Positions 39,546-49,788 of a stretch of 64,000 nucleotides of DNA are shown piece by piece. Every line of letters starts with the position of its first letter. The first letter of the stretch is position 1. The translations under genes and the position numbers were made by a program. The stretch lies in sequence record SRR22947725_4056. One strand, written 5' to 3'. Below the pieces are notes generated by a model. The model was given only the letters and a program-made list of their open reading frames with translations. It was not told the DNA's origin and searched no databases.

Positions 39546-40238
39546 ATGATGAACAATATTCCTACGGCTCGTTCCGAGTTCCCGATGCCGGAAGCTCGCT
39601 ACATTCTGCCCACCTTCGAAGAGCGCACCAGCTACGGTTTCAAGCGCCAGGACCCCTACGCGAAGCTCTTTGAAGACCGCATCGTCTTCCTCGGTGTTCA
39701 GGTCGATGACGCTTCAGCTGATGACGTGATGGCACAACTATTGGTTCTGGAAAGCCAGGATCCCGACCGCGACATTGTGATGTATATCAATTCACCAGGT
39801 GGTTCGTTCACGGCGATGACGGCGATCTACGACACCATGCAGTACGTCCGTCCGCAGATTCAGACGGTTGTCCTCGGTCAAGCCGCATCCGCAGCTGCTG
39901 TGATTTTGGCGGGCGGTGAGCCCGGGAAGCGTTTGGCTTTGCCTAACTCTCGCGTGCTGATCCACCAGCCGATGATGGGGGAAGCAGGCCGCGGTCAGGC
40001 CTCAGATATTGAGATTCAAGCAAAAGAAATCGCCCGCTTGCGCGAGTGGCTTGAGGACACGCTGTCCAAGCACTCGAACAAGAGCACTGAGGAAGTCCAC
40101 CGGGACATTGACCGCGACAAGATTTTGACCGCGGATGAGGCACTGGAATACGGTCTAATCGACCAGGTGTTGAACACCCGGAAATCTGCAGGTGTGGCAA
40201 CCCCCGCTGCCGGACCAGCCGCCGTTACCGCGGGTTAG
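39546..40238 (+). CDS. clpP2: ATP-dependent Clp protease proteolytic subunit 2
   Basis: [30 protein letters not shown]. Confidence 0.97.
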   Translation: MMNNIPTARSEFPMPEARYILPTFEERTSYGFKRQDPYAKLFEDRIVFLGVQVDDASADDVMAQLLVLESQDPDRDIVMYINSPGGSFTAMTAIYDTMQYVRPQIQTVVLGQAASAAAVILAGGEPGKRLALPNSRVLIHQPMMGEAGRGQASDIEIQAKEIARLREWLEDTLSKHSNKSTEEVHRDIDRDKILTADEALEYGLIDQVLNTRKSAGVATPAAGPAAVTAG

Positions 40239-40854
40239 TGGGATGGGGGCGTCCCCGCCTCGAGTACGCGAGAAGGGTGAGGGCCAGGGCGGTCACGCCG
40301 ATTCCTAAGCCTATGATCCAGCCGTTGGCGGCCATTGACTCCTCGGTCACCGCGTCATCGGGGGCGACAACGCCAACCTCAATGTCTTGAGTGGGGGCAG
40401 CAATTTCCCCTCCGCATACCGGAGCAGTCGAAGATCCCTGCGCCGCAGCGTGATCATTTTCTGGGGCGAAGGTGACCTCATAGCTCTCGGAGAGACTGTG
40501 CCCATCTGCTGAGACGAACTGGTAGAGGATCGTATAGACGCCTGGTTCTCCCAAATCGATCCGGGAATGAATGCGCCGCTCCGTCAGATCGACGCATCCG
40601 TCGCCGAAATACAGGCCTGAGCTATCCCGCACAGCAATCGCAAACCCGCGGCTTTTGCCCCCCAGGTCGAGGAAATCATTATCGGTGGCGATGGAGACTT
40701 GCATGGGGCTTTCCGTCACGACCGAATAGGGCGCAGGCGTTCTGTTTTCCACCACGTTGTGGGCGAGCGCAGGTGTGGCGACCCCAACAAGCAAGAGGGC
40801 GAGAATGGCAGATAGAGAATATCTGCGAGTTTGCGCCGGCGGGAGAGTCCTCAC
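40225..40854 (-). CDS. copC: CopC-domain copper-binding protein with C-terminal membrane anchor
   Basis: Signal peptide ...PALA|H giving N-terminal His; VSADGH motif; C-terminal TM plus RRGR; GTG 40854 after TACACT. Confidence 0.85.
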   Translation of the reverse strand: MRTLPPAQTRRYSLSAILALLLVGVATPALAHNVVENRTPAPYSVVTESPMQVSIATDNDFLDLGGKSRGFAIAVRDSSGLYFGDGCVDLTERRIHSRIDLGEPGVYTILYQFVSADGHSLSESYEVTFAPENDHAAAQGSSTAPVCGGEIAAPTQDIEVGVVAPDDAVTEESMAANGWIIGLGIGVTALALTLLAYSRRGRPHPTNPR

Positions 40855-40964
40855 GATTCCCCAGTGTATTCCCGCCACGCCAAGGGGGAGCTGTGGAAAA
40901 TCCCTGAGCTGAAGGTGGTCAAAGGTAAGCTCCAAGGGGTTGTCGCCACACAGGAAGGACTCCC

Positions 40965-42239
40965 ATGGCACGCACCGGTGAAACAGGCGAGCTTCTGAAG
41001 TGTTCCTTTTGCGGCAAAAGCCAAAAGCAAGTCCAGCAGCTCATTGCGGGCCCGGGCGTCTACATCTGCGACGAATGCGTCGAACTGTGCAACGAGATTA
41101 TTGATGAGCGTCAGTCCGAGGGGACCGCTCAAGCCATCGGTGACTTCGACCTCCCCAAGCCCAAGGAAATCTATGAATTCCTGGAGGAATACGTCATCGG
41201 CCAAGAGGCCGCAAAGAAGTCACTGTCCGTAGCGGTCTACAACCACTACAAACGGGTGCGGGCAGCAGCAACACCTCACCCCGTCGACGCGGAAGACGGC
41301 GTTGAGATTCAGAAGAGCAATATTTTGCTGATCGGCCCCACCGGGTGCGGAAAGACCTATCTCGCCCAAACCCTTGCTAAACGCCTTAATGTGCCGTTTG
41401 CCGTAGCGGATGCCACCGCCCTTACCGAGGCTGGTTATGTCGGGGAAGACGTTGAAAACATCCTTCTCAAGCTTTTACAGGCAGCTGATTATGATGTGAA
41501 GCGTGCAGAAACAGGCATCATCTATGTCGATGAAATCGACAAGATTGCCCGTAAGGCAGAGAACCCTTCGATTACCCGAGACGTGTCAGGAGAAGGCGTC
41601 CAGCAGGCACTGCTGAAAATTTTAGAAGGAACCATTGCGGCTGTTCCTCCGCAGGGTGGGCGCAAACATCCACAACAAGAGTTCATCCAGATTGACACCA
41701 CCAACGTGCTGTTTATTGTGGCGGGTGCTTTCGCGGGGCTCGAGGAAATTATTTCCCAGCGGGTTGGGCGCCATGGAATCGGATTTGGCGCTCCTCTGCA
41801 TTCCAAGAACGCTGCCGAGGACCTCTTCAGCGAAGTTCTTCCCGAGGACCTTCATAAGTTCGGTCTGATTCCCGAATTCATTGGTCGTCTTCCTGTTGTC
41901 ACGACCGTGACGCCGCTGGACAAAACCGCTCTAATCGATATTTTGACCACACCCAAAAACGCTTTGGTCAAGCAGTATCAGGCCATGTTCCTTCTGGATG
42001 GCGTGAGCCTGGACTTTGAGCAGGAAGCGCTGGAAGAGATCGCAGCGCTGGCGGAAGTTCGCCAGACCGGCGCGCGCGGGCTTCGAGCGATTTTGGAAGA
42101 AGTCCTGGGGCCCGTGATGTTTGATGTGCCCTCCGCCGATGAGGTCGAGCGGGTCATCATTACGAAGGACTCTGTGTTGAAAAAATCTGGCCCCACCATC
42201 GTGGGGAAGACTACTCAACGCCGCGAAAAATCGGCCTAG
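40965..42239 (+). CDS. clpX: Clp protease ATP-binding subunit ClpX
   Basis: CSFC...CDEC zinc domain, [18 protein letters not shown] loop. Confidence 0.99.
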   Translation: MARTGETGELLKCSFCGKSQKQVQQLIAGPGVYICDECVELCNEIIDERQSEGTAQAIGDFDLPKPKEIYEFLEEYVIGQEAAKKSLSVAVYNHYKRVRAAATPHPVDAEDGVEIQKSNILLIGPTGCGKTYLAQTLAKRLNVPFAVADATALTEAGYVGEDVENILLKLLQAADYDVKRAETGIIYVDEIDKIARKAENPSITRDVSGEGVQQALLKILEGTIAAVPPQGGRKHPQQEFIQIDTTNVLFIVAGAFAGLEEIISQRVGRHGIGFGAPLHSKNAAEDLFSEVLPEDLHKFGLIPEFIGRLPVVTTVTPLDKTALIDILTTPKNALVKQYQAMFLLDGVSLDFEQEALEEIAALAEVRQTGARGLRAILEEVLGPVMFDVPSADEVERVIITKDSVLKKSGPTIVGKTTQRREKSA

Positions 42240-42242
42240 TTT

Positions 42243-42431
42243 CTACCCCTGGACCACTTCGCCGTTATCGAGCGTCGCTATGGGGCGGTTTTCCAGCCAG
42301 GTCAGAGTCCATCGAAGCGTTGCGGCCTCTTCGACGCTAAGGCTTTCTTCGACAGTCCGAATGTTGATGATGACATCGGCAGACAGGCTGCTAGGGCTTT
42401 CGCCCACGGAGAATCTGCTTCCCAAACGCAT
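42243..42431 (-). CDS. Small hypothetical protein (62 aa)
   Basis: ATG overlaps the GNAT stop (TGATG); RWTLTWLENRP motif; fills the gap to the clpX stop. Confidence 0.65.
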   Translation of the reverse strand: MRLGSRFSVGESPSSLSADVIINIRTVEESLSVEEAATLRWTLTWLENRPIATLDNGEVVQG

Positions 42432-42898
42432 CAGCGTGGCCACGCAATCTCATCTTCGTACATCACCCACGAAGTTTTTGTGGCCAGAGTGTCATAGAGC
42501 CTTTGCGCCACAACATTGTCTGCTCCCGTAATCCATCGCAGCGTGCCCCCGCCATTCTGGTAGGCGTGCTCGGTAATCGCGGCAATGAGGGCCGTTGCCA
42601 CTCCTCGTCCGCGGGCGGACGGGTCTGTATATAAGTCGTCCAGGAACCAAGACGATGCGGCCGTGAAGGTGTCGGGCTGATCCCTCAGGTGCGCAAATCC
42701 CACCATGGTGCCATCAACCTTCGCGATGAAGCAGCGAAGGGGGTGGTCCTCCTTCTTGATCCACTCCCACACGCCTGCTAGGACTTCGGGGGAAAAGGAG
42801 GTCTTGTAAAAAACACCGTATTCCAGGAACAGCGCCTCCCAGGCCATTTGGTCTTCGGGCGATGCCATGGAAATACTGATTTCACCGGTGTTACTCAA
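42431..42898 (-). CDS. GNAT family N-acetyltransferase
   Basis: LDDLYTDPSARGRGVA acetyl-CoA motif, N..AQRLY; TTG 42898 preceded by GGAGG, overlapping the valS end by 8 nt. Confidence 0.92.
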   Translation of the reverse strand: MSNTGEISISMASPEDQMAWEALFLEYGVFYKTSFSPEVLAGVWEWIKKEDHPLRCFIAKVDGTMVGFAHLRDQPDTFTAASSWFLDDLYTDPSARGRGVATALIAAITEHAYQNGGGTLRWITGADNVVAQRLYDTLATKTSWVMYEDEIAWPR

Positions 42899-45476
42899 GG
42901 TTTTCGACCTCCAATTCAAGGTGGACCAACTCGATGGAATCGCCCATTTCCCAGGTGAGCTCGGCGATTTTCCCTACCGCCATTACATCCGCCTCGGCGC
43001 TCTGCAGTAGCACGGGGGCTTTCATTGTGGCGCGGATAACGCCCGTCTTTTGCGCCACTTTTTGGTCGGTCTTGGAGCGCCTAATCGAAATCAAAGCCTC
43101 GCTCGCGAGGCCAAGAAGCCCAGCGAAAGTCGCGGGATCAGCGGCGGTGGCAACCTCGGAGGCTGTCGGCCACCCGGCACGGTGAATGCTGCCCTCGTGG
43201 GTCCAGGACCACACCTCTTCGGTGGCGAAGGGAATCACGGGGGCGAAGAGTCGGAGCATGGCATCCAGCGCTCTTCGCAAAGCGGTGATGGCGCTGGTCC
43301 TCGCTTGACCTTCGCCTGTATAGGCCCGTTCTTTCACCAGCTCCAGGTAGTCATCGGTAAAGGTCCAGAAAAAAGCTTCGGTGACGTCGAGAGCTTTAGC
43401 ATGATCAAATTCTTCGTACGCAGCACTCGCCTGATCGATCACCTTCGCGAGATGGGCAAGCATGTCGCAATCGAGTGGCTCGGTCACCTCCCCGGTGTCG
43501 CCTTCGAAGCTATAGACGAACTTGGCGGCGTTGAGGACTTTGATGGCTAAGCGCCGACCAATTTTGATTTGCTTAGGATTTTGTGGGTCAAACGCGGCGT
43601 CGGTGCCGAGTTTGGAGGAGGCTGCCCAGTAGCGAACAGCATCAGAACCATGGTCATCCAACATTGCCTGTGGGGTGACGACGTTGCCTTTAGATTTCGA
43701 CATTTTCTTGCGGTCGGGATCAACGATGAAACCTGAAATACCGGCATTTTTCCAGGGGATGGTGCCGTGCTCTAGCTCTGCTCGGAGGACGGAGGAAAAG
43801 AGCCAGGTCCGAATGATGTCCTGTCCCTGGCTGCGAAGGTCGTAGGGGAACACCAGGTCAAAGAGTTCAGGGTCCACCTCCCAGCCGCCCGCGAGTTGGG
43901 GAGTTAAGCTGCTGGTCGCCCAGGTGTCCATGATGTCGACCTCGCCGACAAACCCACCGGGCTTGCCTCGCTGGTCTTCGCTGAAGCCCGGAGGGGCCTG
44001 CGAGGAAGGGTCGACAGGGAGAGAAGACTTCTCGGGAGCGAGAACTTCACCCTCCAGTGGTTCACCGTGTTCATCGAGTGGGTACCACACCGGAATGGGG
44101 ACACCAAAGAATCGCTGCCGTGAAATAAGCCAATCGCCGGAGAGGCCATTCACCCAGTTTTCGTAGCGAACCCGCATGAAGTCGGGGTGGAAAGCGACTT
44201 GTTTTCCCCGTTCCAGCAACCGGCTCGCGAGTTCTGGGTCTTTGGCGCCGTTGGCGATGTACCACTGGCGGGTGGTCACAATTTCGAGCGGTTTATCCCC
44301 TTTTTCAAAGAACTTCACCGGGTGGACCATTTTTTCTGGTTCCCCCAGGAGGGCGCCGCTGGCACCTAACATTTCCACCATGGCAGCTTTCGCGCTGAAA
44401 ACCGTTTTTCCTGCGAGCTCGGCGAACGATTTTTGGGCATCGGAATCTTTCAGCCAGGGCGGGGTGTCTGACACGATCCGACCATCGCGACCCAAAATGG
44501 GGCGAGTGTTGAGGCCTAGCTCGCGCCACCAGATCACGTCGGTGACATCGCCAAAAGTACACACCATGGCGATGCCTGTTCCCTTGTCCTTTTGGGCGAG
44601 ATGATGGGGGAGAATCGTCACCTCCACACCAAACAGCGGCGAGGTGACGGTGGTGCCAAAAAGGTCTTGATAGCGTTCGTCATCGGGGTGCGCGACTAAA
44701 GCCACACAGGCGGGAATAAGTTCTGGCCTGGTTGTCACGATGACGACATCATCGCCCCCACCTCCGGACCCAAAGGCGACACGGTGGTAAGCGGAGGGTT
44801 GTTCCCTGTCTTCCAGTTCAGCCTGGGCCACGGCGGTTCTAAAGGTAATGTCCCAGAGCGTTGGAGCATCCGCCCGGTATGCCTCACCACGATCGAGATT
44901 GTTCAAGAAGGCCTGTTGGGCAACGCGCTGGGAATGGTTGTCAATGGTGCGATAGGTCAGCGACCAATCCACGCTGAGACCGAGGGATCGCCACAAGTCT
45001 TCGAATTGCTTCTCGTCCTCGAGCGTGAGTGTCTCGCACAACTCAATAAAGTTCCGCCGGCTGATGGGCTCTTGATCACCTGGCTTAGAGCCATCTGTTG
45101 TAGCGCCACTCTCCAGGGGTGGGACGAACCCTTCGGTGTAGGGGAGCGAAGGGTCGCAGCGCACACCGTAGTAGTTCTGGACCCGCCGCTCGGTGGGTAA
45201 GCCGTTATCGTCCCAGCCCATGGGGTAGAAAATCTCTTTGCCTTGCATGCGCTGGTAGCGCGCTTGCAGGTCCATATGCGTGTAGCTAAAGACGTGCCCA
45301 ATGTGAAGGCTGCCCGAAGCCGTTGGCGGGGGAGTGTCGATGGCAAAGACATTGTCTTTGCCCCGCTTCACTGCTTCGTCGCGGTTGAAGCGGTAGGTCC
45401 CCTGGGATTCCCAGGCTTCCCCCCAGGTGTTTTCAAGGCCTTCTAGAACGGGTTTCTCGGGAATGGACCTCGTCAT
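42891..45476 (-). CDS. valS: Valine--tRNA ligase (type 2, short form)
   Basis: DTPPPTASGSLHIGH, KMSKS, TTRPE editing domain, DWLISRQR; 861 aa without the long C-terminal coiled-coil arm. Confidence 0.97.
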   Translation of the reverse strand: MTRSIPEKPVLEGLENTWGEAWESQGTYRFNRDEAVKRGKDNVFAIDTPPPTASGSLHIGHVFSYTHMDLQARYQRMQGKEIFYPMGWDDNGLPTERRVQNYYGVRCDPSLPYTEGFVPPLESGATTDGSKPGDQEPISRRNFIELCETLTLEDEKQFEDLWRSLGLSVDWSLTYRTIDNHSQRVAQQAFLNNLDRGEAYRADAPTLWDITFRTAVAQAELEDREQPSAYHRVAFGSGGGGDDVVIVTTRPELIPACVALVAHPDDERYQDLFGTTVTSPLFGVEVTILPHHLAQKDKGTGIAMVCTFGDVTDVIWWRELGLNTRPILGRDGRIVSDTPPWLKDSDAQKSFAELAGKTVFSAKAAMVEMLGASGALLGEPEKMVHPVKFFEKGDKPLEIVTTRQWYIANGAKDPELASRLLERGKQVAFHPDFMRVRYENWVNGLSGDWLISRQRFFGVPIPVWYPLDEHGEPLEGEVLAPEKSSLPVDPSSQAPPGFSEDQRGKPGGFVGEVDIMDTWATSSLTPQLAGGWEVDPELFDLVFPYDLRSQGQDIIRTWLFSSVLRAELEHGTIPWKNAGISGFIVDPDRKKMSKSKGNVVTPQAMLDDHGSDAVRYWAASSKLGTDAAFDPQNPKQIKIGRRLAIKVLNAAKFVYSFEGDTGEVTEPLDCDMLAHLAKVIDQASAAYEEFDHAKALDVTEAFFWTFTDDYLELVKERAYTGEGQARTSAITALRRALDAMLRLFAPVIPFATEEVWSWTHEGSIHRAGWPTASEVATAADPATFAGLLGLASEALISIRRSKTDQKVAQKTGVIRATMKAPVLLQSAEADVMAVGKIAELTWEMGDSIELVHLELEVENLE

Positions 45477-45502
45477 GGCCGAACACCTTCTTCGCTATAG
45501 GC

Positions 45503-45522
45503 GGCACCGTGTCTAGGGTGCC
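45503..45522 (-). promoter_or_regulatory. valS leader hairpin (possible tRNA-Val anticodon mimic)
   Basis: GGCACC-CUAGACAC-GGUGCC on the valS strand, between -10 TACGAT (45545-45540) and SD AAGG. Confidence 0.4.
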
Positions 45523-45587
45523 TGAGTGTGAGTACCTCTATCGTACAAAACAACTACCGAGCAATTGTCCGAGGGCGCTGCTGGGGG

Positions 45588-46190
45588 TTACTCCTGAGCA
45601 AAACCCTGGACCACAGGCTCCAGGGCCTCTCGCAGGTAGGTGTCGAGGGGGCGACGGGACGTCCCTGCCTCAGCCCACTCTTGAGTCGCCGCGATCGCCG
45701 TTGCGATGCTCGCATAGGCCGCAGCTCTTGCTCGAGGAGCGCTAAATCCGAAGCCTTGGAGGAACTCGGAAATGATAGTTGCCTGGTTGCTAAACCGGGT
45801 AAGGGCCGAAGACTGTAGCTCGTGAACGCTACCCATTAGCTCATGCTGCGTAAGAGCGAGGGGAACACGGCCTTCGCCCATCTCGCGCGCAACGGCACAG
45901 AGGCCTTGGAGGACCACGAGAAGCCCGACGGTAGGGGTTTTTTCCACCGACTGGTGTTCGCCAAGCACCCCGCTCAAACGACGGAGCGCGTCGTCAAGAT
46001 CCACCCAGAACACGTCACTCTTGGCAGGAAAATAGTTGAAAAATGTCGCTCGGCTGACCCCTGCACGCTGGGTAATCTCCTCGATGGTGGTCTTGGCGTA
46101 GGTTTGTTCGACGAAAAGCTCCAGGGCAGCTTCTTGGAGCATTTCAGGTGAGGAAGCCAATGGTCTTCCACGGGTAAGGTGCTCTCCCAC
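45588..46190 (-). CDS. TetR/AcrR family transcriptional regulator
   Basis: GRP...AALELF...TTIEEITQRAGVSRATFFNYFPAKSD HTH; divergent from the ABC operon. Confidence 0.95.
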   Translation of the reverse strand: MGEHLTRGRPLASSPEMLQEAALELFVEQTYAKTTIEEITQRAGVSRATFFNYFPAKSDVFWVDLDDALRRLSGVLGEHQSVEKTPTVGLLVVLQGLCAVAREMGEGRVPLALTQHELMGSVHELQSSALTRFSNQATIISEFLQGFGFSAPRARAAAYASIATAIAATQEWAEAGTSRRPLDTYLREALEPVVQGFAQE

Positions 46191-46209
46191 ACGGCCCCCT
46201 TAGTAATTG

Positions 46210-46228
46210 TTGAACTGAGTCTAGTTAA
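46210..46228. promoter_or_regulatory. Imperfect palindrome, candidate TetR operator
   Basis: TTGAACTGAGTCTAGTTAA (ACT-N-AGT core; AACT-N6-AGTT) just upstream of -10-like TACGCT at 46231. Confidence 0.4.
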
Positions 46229-46268
46229 TGTACGCTAGGGATTTCGATACCTCACCGAAAGTGGATAC

Positions 46269-47933
46269 ATGCCTCGCAGAACCTCCCTCATTCGAAAAAT
46301 CTCTTCCATCGGAGCGGTCATTGCTCTTGCCGCGACTCTCGGAGCGTGCGCTGGCGACGAAGCACCCGCGGAGTCAACGATGTCAGAAGCACCCGCTGAG
46401 TCGACCATTTCTTTCGCCATTGAAGGCGCAAACCTCAGCTCGGGACACATGGATATTCATTCGAGCCAGCTTGATGTCGCCTCTCTGGTACTGCGCAACG
46501 CGTTTGACTCACTGGTCGCGCAGGACGCCTCCGGCGCCTTTGTGCCGTGGCTCGCTTCGTCCTGGACAATCTCTGAAGACGAGCTGGAATATGTCTTCCA
46601 GTTGCGCGAGGACGTTACCTTCCACGATGGTGAGCCTTTCAACGCCGAAGCGGTGAAGGCAAACTTCGATCACGTGGTTGCCCCAGAAACAGCTTCGGCC
46701 CAAGCCGCAAGCCTGATGGGGTATGCCGAGGATGGCGGTTATTACGTGGGTACGGAGGTCTTGGGTGAATTCGAGGTCGCCATCACCTTCAGCCAGCCCT
46801 ATGCGCCGTTCCTCCAGGGTCTGAGCCTTCCCCAGCTGGGTTTCTACTCACCCGTGGTCCTCACAGAAAATGCCGCTGATCTAAAAGCGGGTGGACCGGG
46901 AGTCACTGTCGGCACGGGACCCTTCGTGTTGAGCGAGTTCACCCCCGACCAGCAACTCGTGTTTGTCGCAAATCCCGACTATGACTGGGCGCCCACAGGG
47001 TCAACCCATCAAGGAAGAGCAGCCTCGGACACGCTCGTCATTTCCATTGTGCCAGAGACCGCTTCGCGGGTGGGAGCAATTACCACCGGGGAAGCGGATG
47101 TCGCGGCAGATTTCACCCCGGACATGGCGGCGCAAGTCGGCGCGGATGCCCAGACCTTCTCCATTGAAATGCCGGGCGTTCCCTACTCCCTTTACATCAA
47201 CGAGGCCGATGGCGTTTTTGCTGACGTGCGTGTCCGCGAGGCCTTCAGCCTGGGATTTGATGCCGAGCCAGCAATTGCCAGCATCTATCAGGGACAGTTC
47301 AGCCGGGCCTGGAGCATTTTGGGCCCCACCACGCCTAACTCCTACGATGCCTCACTGGAGGGTTCGTGGCCCTACAACCCAGACAAGGCAAACGAACTCT
47401 TGGACTCTGCGGGATGGACAGAACGGGACTCTGAGGGGTATCGCACCAAAGACGGCGAGCGTTTGAGTGCTCGCTGGATCGCCTACACCCCTGTTCCGGA
47501 TGACCGCGCGAGCCTCGCGAACTTTATCCAGTCAGATCTGAAGGAAATCGGATTCGAGCTCGTTCGGGAAGTGCTGGAACCCGCTCAGTACATGGAGTTT
47601 TATGGACCCAGGGATTTTGACCTGACCGACTGGGCGTTTTCCAGCCCTGACGCTGATGTGTTGCGCAGCCACCTCCAAACCGGCGGCTTTCAAACAGTCT
47701 CCAGTGTGACAAAGCCTGAGGTTGATCAGTGGCTCAGCGATGCTGTGGCCACCAGTTCACCCGCTGCGAGAGAGGCCCTGTATCAGCAAATCCAGCAGTG
47801 GAATGCGGAGCAGGTGTTGATCGTACCTCTCTACGTTCCCTCCGAAATCACCGTCGCTACCTCGGGTGTTGAAGGATTGATTTTTGACCTCTACGGTCGA
47901 GCATCCTTCTACGGCGCCACCGTCGAGCGGTAG
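46269..47933 (+). CDS. Peptide/nickel-type ABC transporter substrate-binding lipoprotein (family 5)
   Basis: Lipobox LGAC; PWLASSW, LREDVTFHDGEPFNAEAVKANF, GTGPF. Confidence 0.95.
   Translation: MPRRTSLIRKISSIGAVIALAATLGACAGDEAPAESTMSEAPAESTISFAIEGANLSSGHMDIHSSQLDVASLVLRNAFDSLVAQDASGAFVPWLASSWTISEDELEYVFQLREDVTFHDGEPFNAEAVKANFDHVVAPETASAQAASLMGYAEDGGYYVGTEVLGEFEVAITFSQPYAPFLQGLSLPQLGFYSPVVLTENAADLKAGGPGVTVGTGPFVLSEFTPDQQLVFVANPDYDWAPTGSTHQGRAASDTLVISIVPETASRVGAITTGEADVAADFTPDMAAQVGADAQTFSIEMPGVPYSLYINEADGVFADVRVREAFSLGFDAEPAIASIYQGQFSRAWSILGPTTPNSYDASLEGSWPYNPDKANELLDSAGWTERDSEGYRTKDGERLSARWIAYTPVPDDRASLANFIQSDLKEIGFELVREVLEPAQYMEFYGPRDFDLTDWAFSSPDADVLRSHLQTGGFQTVSSVTKPEVDQWLSDAVATSSPAAREALYQQIQQWNAEQVLIVPLYVPSEITVATSGVEGLIFDLYGRASFYGATVER
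46359..46412 (+). repeat. 27-bp tandem duplication in the SBP linker
   Basis: Encodes EAPAESTMS-EAPAESTIS right after the lipidated Cys. Confidence 0.8.
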
Positions 47934-47947
47934 TTGGCCGTGAGGTA

Positions 47948-48928
47948 GTGACCGCGCACGCGAGCACACCCTGGCGAGGCACACTCTCCAGGGTGTTTCT
48001 CTTCTTGGCACAATCTCTCGGGAGATTTGTCCTTGTTATCTGGGGGGCGGCAACAGCAGGATTTGTGGCCCTCCGGTTGATTCCCGGCGACCCTGTCGAT
48101 GTCATGCTCGGCGTCCAGGCGCGGGTATCCGAATCTGTTCGCGCCCAGATACGACTGGAGTGGGGGCTTGATGAACCACTTATTACGCAGTACTTCCTAT
48201 ACCTTGGCCGCCTTATTCACGGCGATCTGGGCGTCTCCTACCAGCTTCGCACTCCGGTGGTGGACGTTCTTGCTCAGCAAGCTCTGCCTACTCTTCAACT
48301 CGCCGCGGGAGCAATTTTCTTAGCGACTCTCTTCGCCCTGGGGGGAGCCCTTTTTGGGCGAGGCGCGAGGCTAAAAAAAGCGGTGTCGGTGGCGGAACTG
48401 ATTGTCATTTCTTCACCCACCTACTGGATCGGTCTTCTTCTGCTGGCTGTTTTCTCCCTCCAATTAGGGTGGTTTCCGGTTACCGGCGCGCAGGGAATAT
48501 CGTCCCTGGTGTTGCCGTCTCTCACTCTCGCGTTGCCCGTGGCCGGCATTGTGAGCCAAGTACTTCGGCACGGCCTCGATGCGGCGGAGGGACAACCTTT
48601 TGCCATGACGGCCCGCTCCAGAGGCGTGTCGCCCTCGGGACTGGTTCGACGCCATTCCCTGCGCCATGCCGCGATGGACGCCCTGACTCTTGGTGGATAC
48701 CTGGTGGGATCGCTGCTCGGGGGAGCGGTTTTGGTAGAAACCGTTTTCGCCCGTCCAGGGTTAGGCCAAGTGGCTATCAGAGCCATTGTGGGGCGAGATT
48801 TTCCTGTGATTTTGGGAATTATTGTGGTGGGGGCAGTGGTTTTCTCCCTCGTGAACCTCGCGGTGGATCTCAGCTATCGCGGCCTTGACCCGCGCCTTCG
48901 ACGAGTGTCTGTGGAGACGCGATCGTGA
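47948..48928 (+). CDS. ABC permease (DppB/OppB-like)
   Basis: IPGDP, GLDEPL..QY, GDLGVS, TARSRG, VLVETVFARPGLG, RDFPVI, LDPR. Confidence 0.95.
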   Translation: MTAHASTPWRGTLSRVFLFLAQSLGRFVLVIWGAATAGFVALRLIPGDPVDVMLGVQARVSESVRAQIRLEWGLDEPLITQYFLYLGRLIHGDLGVSYQLRTPVVDVLAQQALPTLQLAAGAIFLATLFALGGALFGRGARLKKAVSVAELIVISSPTYWIGLLLLAVFSLQLGWFPVTGAQGISSLVLPSLTLALPVAGIVSQVLRHGLDAAEGQPFAMTARSRGVSPSGLVRRHSLRHAAMDALTLGGYLVGSLLGGAVLVETVFARPGLGQVAIRAIVGRDFPVILGIIVVGAVVFSLVNLAVDLSYRGLDPRLRRVSVETRS

Positions 48929-49788
48929 GGTCCCTCCTCGGAGAAGAGAAAGAGAACCCCCTCCCCAAGCGTGTTCCCGGTCCGCAGCTTCCCCTCGGGG
49001 TAATCATTGCGGCAATCACGTTGGGGCTGATTGCGTTGGCTGCGCTTTTCCCGTGGCTCCTCACCGGTGAAAGCCCCCTCGAGACAGATTCCAGTGCCAC
49101 ACTTCAGGCTCCCAGTGCTGCCCATCTTTTTGGGACCGACCAGTCTGGTCGAGACGTGTTCGCGCGGGTGGTCTATGGCGCGCGCTATTCGCTCGCGGTA
49201 GGGCTCGGGGCGACGGCGTGCGCACTAGTGGTCGGAATTCTTCTGGGGGTGGGTGCTGCCAGAGGGCCCCGCATCCTCGACACCGCGCTTTCGCGGTTCA
49301 TTGATGTGGTCATGGCGTTCCCTGAATTCCTGCTCGCCCTGATCGTCATTGCCGTTATTGGGGTGGGGGGTGCCAGTATTCCTGTCGCGGTCGCGCTTGC
49401 AGCAATCCCCGCCTATGCCCGCGTGGCTCGGGCAGAAACGCTCGTTGTTTCTCAGGCTGGGTACATTACTGCTGCCCGCGCGCTGGGGGTTCCTCCGGCA
49501 GCGATTCTTTTTCGCCACATCATCCCCAACATCCTTGGCCCCTTACTCGTGATGGCAACCATCGGGGTGGGGACGGCGATCGTCACCGCCTCAGGGCTCA
49601 GTTTTCTCGGTCTTGGCCTTCAGCCGCCGACTCCTGAGTGGGGCCTCATTCTTTCCGAGGGTAGGAATTTCCTTGCCACCGCCTGGTGGATTGGTGTCTT
49701 CCCCGGCCTTGCGATCACGTCAACAGTTCTTGCCATCAGCGCGGTGGGGCGCCACCTGCGCTTGCGCGGCGAGGGGAGGGTCTCGTGA
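48925..49788 (+). CDS. ABC permease (DppC/OppC-like)
   Basis: HLFGTDQSGRDVFAR, AARALG, HIIPN, LSFLGLG..PPTPEWG. Confidence 0.95.
   Translation: MRSLLGEEKENPLPKRVPGPQLPLGVIIAAITLGLIALAALFPWLLTGESPLETDSSATLQAPSAAHLFGTDQSGRDVFARVVYGARYSLAVGLGATACALVVGILLGVGAARGPRILDTALSRFIDVVMAFPEFLLALIVIAVIGVGGASIPVAVALAAIPAYARVARAETLVVSQAGYITAARALGVPPAAILFRHIIPNILGPLLVMATIGVGTAIVTASGLSFLGLGLQPPTPEWGLILSEGRNFLATAWWIGVFPGLAITSTVLAISAVGRHLRLRGEGRVS

Noticed and set aside
40892..40900. TGTGGAAAA DnaA-box-like 9-mer upstream of clpX
   Set aside because: Single imperfect match to the actinobacterial consensus; expected by chance.
42243..42898. GNAT plus small ORF as an AtaT/TacT-type toxin-antitoxin pair
   Set aside because: The small gene is downstream and not ribbon-helix-helix-like, and the GNAT resembles small-molecule acetyltransferases.
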